Shown here: in pieces, positions 41,487 to 50,736 of the stretch
How the letters are laid out: every line of letters starts with the position of its first letter
How positions within the stretch are numbered: the first letter of the stretch is position 1
DNA from: Candidatus Marinacidobacterales bacterium
GTDB taxonomy: Bacteria; Acidobacteriota; Vicinamibacteria; Marinacidobacterales; SMYC01
Reading direction: 5' to 3'
Assembly: GCA_965237955.1 (NCBI GenBank)
Contig: OZ250169.1
Coordinates: forward strand, 96,001-160,000
DNA length: 64,000 nucleotides
Notes under the pieces: generated by a model
Database searches by the model: none
Seen by the model: the letters and a program-made list of their open reading frames with translations, nothing else
What the model was told of the DNA's origin: nothing
Translations under genes and position numbers: made by a program

Positions 41487-41971
41487 CCCCGTCCTGTGCC
41501 AATACTCGGCCCTTGGCCCGGTCGCAAACACAGACACTAAGTTGCTGATTTATGGCCTATTTCAAAGGGACTTATACCTATGGCTTGACACGCGCCCGCC
41601 GCTTCCGGTGGGCGGCGAGGCTGGATTTGGCATGGCGCTTGCGCTTGCGCTTCCGCTCGTCGTCACCGTCCTGCGGCTTAGGTTTGATTTTTTTGGTGCG
41701 TGGTAGCGGGCGTTTTCTCCACAAGCCATTTATTTACAACGGCTTAGGTCCGCGGTGTGGATCGTAATAAGTCATCGTGTCTCCCGTTGGGAGACAGCCG
41801 GACGAGCCCGGCCTCGGTGAGTTCGGGCGCTGTGGGCTGCGCCAGCAGCCCAGCCATGTAGCGGCGGCGGATTTCCCTGTTTCCTAGCGGCTTCCGTGTT
41901 CACTATCGCCCTTATTGGGGTTGTCAAGCTAGTCCCATTTCAAAAGGGCCGAGTTTTGGCACAGGACGGGG
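41487..41971. mobile_element. full-length ~107-bp MITE interrupted by a 370-bp element
   Basis: TIRs CCCCGTCCTGTGCCAATACTCGGCCC and GGGCCGAGTTTTGGCACAGGACGGGG; removing 41567-41944 restores a sequence like the other copies. Confidence 0.8.
41567..41936. mobile_element. 370-bp non-autonomous element with 8-bp TSD
   Basis: Ends GGGACT..GCTTGACA / TGTCAAGCTAGTCCC; ATTTCAAA duplicated at 41559-41566 and 41937-41944. Confidence 0.75.
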
Positions 41972-42105
41972 GGCATGACCCCAAAAAGTGGGGTCATGTT
42001 TCTGAAAAACTCACCCCTTTGCCGGGGTCATGCCTCTGAAAATGGGGTGGGGAATGTCTCTGGAAAACCCCCCCTCAAGCGGGGTCATGATCCTGAAAAA
42101 TCACA
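41972..42105. mobile_element. orphan IS21-type terminal region
   Basis: Four GGGG(TC)ATG..CTG(A/G)AAA-type repeats ending in AAATCACA (TG terminus on the minus strand). Confidence 0.6.
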
Positions 42106-42135
42106 ATAGACTTCCAACCCGTGTGCTCGACTAAT

Positions 42136-42576
42136 TTACTCCCACTGCGGCGGATCGTCTTTAAAATCGCTTTGTGCTAATCGCTTCAATTCCCCAAAAC
42201 TCTTCGGCGAATCAGCCTGGACTTTTTCCCAAGCCAGACGGAAGGCTGGTAATGATAGATTCGACCTAATTCCTTCCCTCCAGAACGTCCACGTGACCTT
42301 GCTGACCCGTCCGACTTGCCGCTGGAACGTCTGTTCGTTAGAGAGATCGATATAGTGATAGAGGTAGGGTAACGCCTTCTCTTGTTCTTCTTCCGTCAAT
42401 TCTCGACCGAGTAGCGCTCCTGTCGGAATATGCCGTGCCAACTCACGGTATTCCCTGGCCAGCGCGTCCTCGAAGTCGGTCTGTGCCTGGCGGGCACCGC
42501 GTCGGATCTGCCACCACGCCAGAAAGACGCCGACGGCCGTAGCGATTCCCGCGATGACGGTGATAGTCTCGCTCAC
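42136..42576 (-). CDS. hypothetical protein with N-terminal transmembrane helix, coupled to drmC
   Basis: ITVIAGIATAVGVFLAWWQ then a helical domain; its GTG overlaps the drmC TGA. Confidence 0.7.
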   Translation of the reverse strand: MSETITVIAGIATAVGVFLAWWQIRRGARQAQTDFEDALAREYRELARHIPTGALLGRELTEEEQEKALPYLYHYIDLSNEQTFQRQVGRVSKVTWTFWREGIRSNLSLPAFRLAWEKVQADSPKSFGELKRLAQSDFKDDPPQWE

Positions 42577-42950
42577 GTTTCAAACACCGTACGCAGAAGG
42601 CCGGCCGCCAGCATTTCGTCGAAGAAGCGCGCAAGCTGGGTTCCCAGAGAGTGTGTTTGGAGCCGGAGCCCCACCTCGACGTTTCGCTGCTGAGCGGCTT
42701 CCGTGAAGTTGGCCGAGCTGACGAACACATGCTCCACGTCCACCACAATGCACTTCGCGTGCAGGGCGGCCCTCGCGTCCGCGCTCTCCACCAGTGACGA
42801 CGGAAAGTAAGAACAATTCAGGCAAGGGCCGAGCCCGTGGCCAATCGCGTTCGCGGAAACTGTGTCCAAATCGACGGACAACCTCGCTCGAAGCCAATGT
42901 GTCGCCAGCCTGACGGCGAACATCCAGAAACATGCGCACGGACAGACCGC
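42573..42950 (-). pseudogene. drmC: DISARM phospholipase-D nuclease DrmC, 5'-truncated and frameshifted
   Basis: VRMFLDVRR..VVRRF..F..RDWP..RPLPELF, +1 near 42810, then LHAKCIVVD (HKD)..VSSANFTEAAQQRNVEVG. Confidence 0.8.
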
Positions 42951-43108
42951 TCCTTTCCTAGGCGACGACCCTAAAGTGCTTCTATCTCAAGCCGGATAAC
43001 GCGCAGCGATCGGCGTGAAGCCTGGTCGGTCAAAAAGAACCACCAGCCATTGGTGCGCTTGCCCGTGATGGCTGCGGCTGCTTCAGACAGCCTAGCATAG
43101 GGTACGCC

Positions 43109-43914
43109 GGTACTGTCAAATTGAGCTGGTGACTGACAGAATGGTCCAATGAAGACCGATGCGCCAAGCTACCACGGCTATCGATTTCCACCGGAAATCA
43201 TCAGCCACGCCGTCTGGCTCTACCACCGATTCTGCGTGAGCTTTCGAAACGTCGAAGAGCTGCTTGCTCAGCGAGGCATCACGGTTTCTTACGAAGCGGT
43301 CCGACTTTGGTGCATCAAGTTCGGGCCGGAATACGCTCGGCGACTGAAGCGTCGGCAAGGTCGTCTCGGTGACACGTGGCACCTAGACGAGGTCTTCATA
43401 AAGATACAAGGTGAACGCCAATACCTCTGGCGGGCGGTAGACCAAGATGGTGATGTGATTGATATCCTCGTCCAGCCTCGCCGTGATCGGAAAGCCGCCA
43501 AACGATTCTTCCGCAAGCTGTTGAAGGGGCAAGGCCGCCCGCCCTGGCAGCTGGTCACCGACAAGCTGAGAAGCTACAGCGTCGCTCACCGCGAGGTCAT
43601 GCCGTCCGTCGTCCACGACACCGACCAGTACAGAAACAACCTAGCCGAAGTCTCGCACGAACCGACGCGACAACGGGAACGACAGATGCGGAAGTTTAAA
43701 TCTCCAGGACAGGCGCAACGATTCTTGACCGTGCATGGACTCGTGCAAAACCTCTTTCGCGTCGGACGGCATTTGTTGCAAGCGCATCATCATCGGGAGC
43801 TACGAGACCGCGCTTTCATCGTCTGGCACGAGGTAACCTGTGCCGTCCGATGAGAGCAAAGGAAGTCAGCTCGACGCGATAGGTTCGCTCGCTCAACGTC
43901 AACTTGACAATACC
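43109..43914 (+). mobile_element. IS6-family element, copy 2 (transposase 43149-43853)
   Basis: IR GGTACTGTCAAATTGA / TCAACTTGACAATACC; protein nearly identical to copy 1, opposite orientation. Confidence 0.93.
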
Positions 43915-43936
43915 CTCAGCGATGTTGGCACAGAGG

Positions 43937-44740
43937 GATTGCGCTGTCGGCTGCCCGCCGGCCCCGATGCGAGCAGGGCGCCCTTGCGCGGCGGTATCAG
44001 CACCCTCGGCGAGCGATGAGCGCTGTGATTCTCGATCGCCTCATAGACGCCGCCGGCGTCGTATGCGGTGTCAGCTCTGGCCGATGAAATGGGACTGTCG
44101 ATCTGTCCGACAAGCGATGCAACCCGCGATGAATCGCGGGCTCTTTTGCTCGTCAGCTCGCCGGCGACGACTTCGCCACTCTGCTCGTCGACACACAGAT
44201 GGAGCTTGCGATAGTCCCTGCTCTTTGGTGCTCTGCGCAGCTGGCCGGCGTGGACAGCGAGACCGCTGCTGTCGATCAAGATGTGCAACGGCGTCTTCTG
44301 CTTGTCTTGGTAGAAGGGGACCTTACCCAGCTTCGCCTTGCGCCTCGAGATCGTGGTGTGATCGGGCACATCATTGTCTAGCTTCATCAGAGCGAACAAC
44401 GATCGTAGCAATCCCTCGCTCTGCCTAGATGACAGATGAAACACCATGCCCAAGGTGACAGCCGTCTCGATGGCGTGGTTCGAGTACTTGCGTTGACGGC
44501 CCGGTTTCCTCCTCCTCGGCCGGGGCGCGTCCCAGTTCACAAGCTTGCCGGCGGTGAGCGAGACCCAGACGGTCAGGCTCCCGCGGTTGCGTAGACCCGC
44601 CTCATATTCACGCCAATTCCTCACGCGATAGGCCTTCTTCACATACTTCCGCTGAGTGCGTTTGAAAATGCTCATGGGGAACCTCGAATCCGCGAGTACA
44701 GGACAATTGTGGACCGAGATCGCGAGTTGTGCACCAAGGC
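43937..44740 (-). mobile_element. IS5-family 5' part (transposase from ATG 44675, 3'-truncated)
   Basis: IR GAGTTGTGCACCAAGGC; VRNWREYE..RGSLTVW, IDSSGL, YRKLHL, ADTAYD. Confidence 0.88.
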
Positions 44741-44886
44741 ACCGACGGGGCACTGGCTCTGCGATAGGCGCTCCCGAGCAGACCTCTCATTCTAGCTCCC
44801 GTTGCCAACCAAGCCTAGACACCTCTCATCCGAAACGCCCCGGTGCGCCGGTCTTGAGTTCGTTTGTATTTTTGGACACGACGGGC

Positions 44887-46968
44887 TCACGAATGAACTC
44901 CACGTAGAGCGTTGACAAGTAGCTCCCACGCAGCAGGGGCCTTTTCGCCATTTAGCACCATGTTGTTTGGTGTGAGAACAACGTTCCGTCGGGAAGAGAG
45001 CGTCAGTTTTCGAGGGTAATTTTGAAGCGCCGGTACTGACCTTTCCCACAAGGCAACGCTTCGCGCAATCACGACAAGAGCTCCACGCTCCATCGCGGAT
45101 GCGACTAGAGAGAATCCGTAGACCTGACTTAGAACCCTGCAAGAGCCGCTCTTGTGCTGAGTGCTCTTGTATGGAAACCATTCGACAACCGCGAGTCGTT
45201 GCGCAAGGGTCGAAAGAGGGATGACTTCGGCGAGCATACTCGTCTTTTCGATCCACCAGCGACCGCCTGGGTGAGCATCCCGGAATCGCGGGTCAAAGAA
45301 GTAGAACGGCCATTTCGACGGTACGTGACGCAGGTTCGAAATCAAGGCGGTACGAAACTCTGGATCTGCATGCGACGTGGCGTCCTTAGGACCGAAACCA
45401 GGGTTGAGCTGGAGAACGACCACCGGAGCAGTCTTGACCGCACCGACGAAAGGCTCTGGGATCACAGCCTCAATCTCGATTCGGCAACGGCTATCAGACG
45501 GAAGTTTCGCGTTGAACGCTTCGACACATGTTCGATCATCTGGCAGGACGTATGGGGGGCTCGATGGAAGTGCTAGCCAGGGATTAATCATGTTGTTGCG
45601 AGAGCGGGAGTCAGCATCAAAGGGTGCATCTTCCTCGTCGTCGGCCGCGCTTTGCTTCCAACCATCGACTATCGCTGAAAGCAGCTGCCCGAGAGGCTTC
45701 GAAATCGTTGGCCATTCGTCTCTGGACATACCGACAACTATGGCGCTGTAGCTTTTCTGACTTTTCTGGTTCCTGAAAGCCACTGGCACATCCGTACAGA
45801 ACTCGTTTACGGCATCATCGCATGCAACTTCTACTGCCCTCGGCGTCAGTGTGAGGAGCAGAGAGCCGGGCTGTTTTGAGTCGAGGTGGAGGGTTGCGTA
45901 ACGTCGTCGCGCAGTGGGCTTTCCCTCACTCCGCTCGTGCAGGGTGAAGGAGTAGTAGCCAGTCTCATGGGGCCATCGGTAGCTGGGCATTCGAGCCTCT
46001 ATGAAGCTTGCCACCTTTTCAAGGAATTCTTTAACCCCGAGACGCTCGGCCGCTTCGTGTAAGACCGCTTGATTGCTCTCTTTCGTGTTTTTAGTGGGAG
46101 TGGCCCCGCCTGCTCGCCTCATGCTCGCGGTGCCATCGATAACACCACCGTGGTCCCTACCGTCAACATAGTCGCCATGCGGCGGTTCCAGGATATCTCT
46201 AGCTCTAGCTGCAATTTCTCTTGCTTTTCTATTTTTTTCAGCTGGAGGAGGTTGAGTATTCACATCACCTACTTGTTCTGGAGTAAGAATAAATCGTTCA
46301 TATCGTTTAGCATTCTCTCCGGCCCCGATAAAAGTCGTGCAGGCGATCTTTCCGATGACGTAGGTGCTGGAAGCGTCGAAGGTTCCACCTACGACACCTC
46401 CAGCGATCGGGATCATCTTGCCGAAGTTGATGGTGCCTTTCGACCCAAACTTGGTAAGGAGACGAAAGCCCACCTCTTTGTTGATTTTCTTGAGCACCTT
46501 GCCGGGGACTTTCTTGATGGCCTGCTCGATGAGTTTGGCGCCGAGCTTGATGCCGGCGTCTTTGACGACATCCCCCGCCGCCTTTCCACACATGCAGGCG
46601 TAGCACAGAGTCCGAACTTGGTCATTCCGAATATCGTGCCCCGATAGATGTGCGACCGCCGCGATCATGCGAATTTGGACGTACATGACACTCGCAATGT
46701 TGGCCGGCATCGCAACCGGCATCGCGATCACGCCCCCGAGTCCCGATAAGAATCCAGACGTGCCAGCCTTCATGACCTGCCACCGAATCAATCGACGGGC
46801 GCGCTCTTCCAGGGAGCCCGTGCTCGCTGCGTAGTGGTTCCCGATATCCTGTGCCGACTCTAGGATGGGACTGTCCTCCACCACGAGATCGTAGAGCCGG
46901 TCGAGCCACTTCATGATGTGGTCTGAGCCGAGCTTCATGATCTCTGCATCGATCTTCTTCCTTGCCAC
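44887..46968 (-). CDS. three-part fusion: EcsC-like domain, unknown middle domain, UDG-fold (Brig1-like) DNA glycosylase domain
   Basis: aa ~20-215 KAGTSGFLSGLGG..PANIASVMYVQIRMIAA..KINKEVGFRLLTKFG (EcsC); aa 460-693 NPW..LPDD..PEPFVG..VV.LQLNPG..F..AL..NL..PFYF.DP..GG.WW..EWFPYKS. Confidence 0.75.
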   Translation of the reverse strand: MARKKIDAEIMKLGSDHIMKWLDRLYDLVVEDSPILESAQDIGNHYAASTGSLEERARRLIRWQVMKAGTSGFLSGLGGVIAMPVAMPANIASVMYVQIRMIAAVAHLSGHDIRNDQVRTLCYACMCGKAAGDVVKDAGIKLGAKLIEQAIKKVPGKVLKKINKEVGFRLLTKFGSKGTINFGKMIPIAGGVVGGTFDASSTYVIGKIACTTFIGAGENAKRYERFILTPEQVGDVNTQPPPAEKNRKAREIAARARDILEPPHGDYVDGRDHGGVIDGTASMRRAGGATPTKNTKESNQAVLHEAAERLGVKEFLEKVASFIEARMPSYRWPHETGYYSFTLHERSEGKPTARRRYATLHLDSKQPGSLLLTLTPRAVEVACDDAVNEFCTDVPVAFRNQKSQKSYSAIVVGMSRDEWPTISKPLGQLLSAIVDGWKQSAADDEEDAPFDADSRSRNNMINPWLALPSSPPYVLPDDRTCVEAFNAKLPSDSRCRIEIEAVIPEPFVGAVKTAPVVVLQLNPGFGPKDATSHADPEFRTALISNLRHVPSKWPFYFFDPRFRDAHPGGRWWIEKTSMLAEVIPLSTLAQRLAVVEWFPYKSTQHKSGSCRVLSQVYGFSLVASAMERGALVVIARSVALWERSVPALQNYPRKLTLSSRRNVVLTPNNMVLNGEKAPAAWELLVNALRGVHS

Positions 46969-47087
46969 CAGGTGGGACCTTCCTTGGCTTCAGACTCTCA
47001 GGGGGAGCTCTGTAAGGCTACGCCGACCAAATAAGGAGTATGGACCAAGTGGTGCTTGTGCTGTTTGCTGTTGGTAATGTGTACGTA

Positions 47088-47174
47088 CCCGTCCTGTGCC
47101 AAAACTCGGCCCTCTTGAAATAGCCGATAAATCAGCAGCTTAGCGTCTGTGTTTTGCGACCGGGCCAAGGGCCG
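47088..47174. mobile_element. near-complete MITE copy in reverse orientation
   Basis: CCCGTCCTGTGCCAAAACTCGGCCCTCTTGAAATAG..ATAAATCAGCAGCTTAG..TGCGACCGGGCCAAGGGCCG. Confidence 0.8.
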
Positions 47175-47207
47175 TGGGCTCTACAATCGTCTGGCCCGAG
47201 GGTGTTA

Positions 47208-48521
<1,314 letters not shown>

Positions 48522-49184
48522 CTCGCCGGCTGCGACGTGCATCTGTGCAATCCGACATCGGAGTTCCTTTAAATCAACACCGGCAACGGCTTGCTCCATA
48601 CGACTTAGCGCACGGCCCCTACGGATGAGGGACAGCCAGCGCCGTTTGATTACCTCCCAATCGAGGTCGTCTCCGCGTGATGTGTACGCGAACCCCTCCT
48701 TGATCTCCTTGGCGAGATGCTCGTTGCCGCCTGTCTGCCAAAGCCATGGCAAGCGAGCGACGCCGAGGGCTGAGGCCAGATAAAAACGGGCATGCTCTGG
48801 GCTGCTCGCTTTCGCTGGCGTCGATAACGCCCAGCATCCAAGGGCGGCAGCAAGCTCAACGGATCGGATAGCCCCAGCGAACTCCTGCTGCTTCGGTGCC
48901 GTCTGATACCGCTGCTCCAACCAGCCAGTACTTTCCTTGCCCGCAGCGTTGAAGAACAGAGGCAGCCAAATCGCCAACGTGGCGTCGAAGAATTCCTGCT
49001 CAGAAACCCAGGCTTCGGCCAGCCCTGCCCTGAAAAGGATGGCGGCCACCTTCAAATCGGCTGCGAGCAGCTCGGGCCGCCGTTCGCTTAAGAACTCCGC
49101 GTCGGCCAGGCGTTTGGCAACCTGTTTGATGATCTTCAGACCCCGCTTCCGTTCCTTCTCCGACGCGGGTAGTAACGTTGGCCT
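48522..49184 (-). pseudogene. internal fragment of an unknown helical protein, cut by IS5 (5') and IS3 (3')
   Basis: About 220 open codons bounded exactly by the two IS ends. Confidence 0.55.
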
Positions 49185-49478
49185 GCCTTGGTGCACAACT
49201 CCGATAGAGGCCGAGAGCTCGCTTGGCCCCGACTCCCATCATCCGATCATCTCGCTATCAGGCATCCCGAGCGCCGTCATGGTGTTGAGAATCTTGCACC
49301 CGATCCTTGCCTCGACTCTCTGTGCCGCCAACCCTCTCGCTCGCATCGCTGAGCCCACGATAGCCTTGTAGCGATGGAACGTTGTCTCGACTTTGCTCCG
49401 TTTGCTGTAGCCCGATTCTGTGTGCCACTTTCGTTTGCCGAGCCGAGCTTGTGCTGCAATGTTGCGATTACGCTGTCG
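49185..49478 (-). mobile_element. IS5-family 3' remnant
   Basis: Same IR and C-terminus as 26396-26689. Confidence 0.85.
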
Positions 49479-49689
49479 ACGGTGTCTACGTCTTGCCGAG
49501 CGTCCCGGAAAACGAGCCGCGAGCCCGCCGCACGAGTCGTTCTTCGCAAGGCCCATTACTACACTCTTGGTTCACTCACCCAACGTGCCCCTAAGTCGTT
49601 GGATCACGACGAAGGGACTTCAGATCACTTCTGTCGGTTGCCGAGCCTCTGCACTTCAACTAGCATTCTTATTTTCATCCTGGTTTTGC

Positions 49690-50671
49690 ATGCCCAGAAA
49701 CGCGCAGGTTGTTCGACAGTGGCTCTTACTGGAGAGACTCGAACGCTCGAAGGGAGCGACCCTGGACGAGCTCGTGGACAGCTTACCGTCCGACCATCCG
49801 TGCCACGCGCGCACGGTTCGGCGCGATCTCGAGGCGCTCGAAGCCCGGTTTCCGCTCATCACAGAACGAAGACGGGGCAAGACCATATGGCGCCTCATGG
49901 ACGGCTTCGACCGAACAATCCGCCTCGCGTTCTCCCAGACAGAACTTATGGCGCTTGTATTCTCGAAGGATCTTCTAAGGCCGCTCGACGGTACCGAGCT
50001 CAAATCCTCGCTGGATTCGGCATTCAACAAGATGGTTGCCGTGTTGCCTTCTGATGGAACCGGTTTCATCGCTCACCTCAGAGATTTCTTCTCCGTGGGG
50101 CTTGGGCCACACAAAAAATACAAAGAACATCGCAACACGATTGAATGTCTCACGCGTGCAATCTCCCAGTCGCGGAGCGTTCAGATCCGGTACTTTGCCG
50201 CATCGCGGAACGTGACGACTCGGCGAAGCGTCGATCCGTACCGCCTTTGGTACGCGCAGGGTGCCCTCTACCTGATTGGGTTTTGCCATCTACGCCGAGA
50301 CGTTCGAATGTTCGCCGTCGACCGTATTCGGTCGATAACAACGACGAACAAGCCGTGCCAAATGCCCCTGGGCTTCGATGTCCAAGAATACGTGGCGGAC
50401 GCCTTGCTCATCATGAGAGGAGCCCCGATCGACGTGCAGCTGAGTTTCCATCGGACTGTTGCACCTTGGGTGTGTGACCGAAACTGGCACTCGAGTCAGA
50501 AAGTCAAAAGCGTCAAAGGAGGGGCGGTTATGTATGACGCTGCGAGTCGCCGAGACTGCAGAGCTGGTCGGATGGATTCTGAGCTTCGGAAGCAATGTCC
50601 GAGTCCTCTCCCCGCGTTCACTACGAGATCGTGTCCATGAAGAAGCGCGAAAAATTCTCCGCGAAGCGTGA
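49690..50671 (+). CDS. wHTH-WYL-WCX transcriptional regulator (apparent +1 frameshift in a G-run at ~50521)
   Basis: RTVRRDLEALE HTH; RSVDPYRL..LYLIGFC..R.F.VDRI WYL core; WCX tail GWILSFGSNVRVLSP..LR..V in the shifted frame. Confidence 0.85.
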
Positions 50672-50700
50672 CCCCGGATGTCACGCTCCTACGCTATTAT
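50668..50700 (+). promoter_or_regulatory. putative WYL-activator site and -10 box upstream of cas3
   Basis: GTGAC-N7-GTCAC palindrome (50668-50684); TGTCAC-N10-TATTAT; GGAGG RBS at ~50728. Confidence 0.6.
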
Positions 50701-50736
50701 CGTTATTGACCGCTCGGAGATGAAACTGGAGGATCG

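Noticed and set aside
49420-49689. N-terminal extension of the WYL ORF (406 aa in the track)
   Set aside because: It derives from IS5 antisense and intergenic DNA; the HTH begins after ATG 49690.
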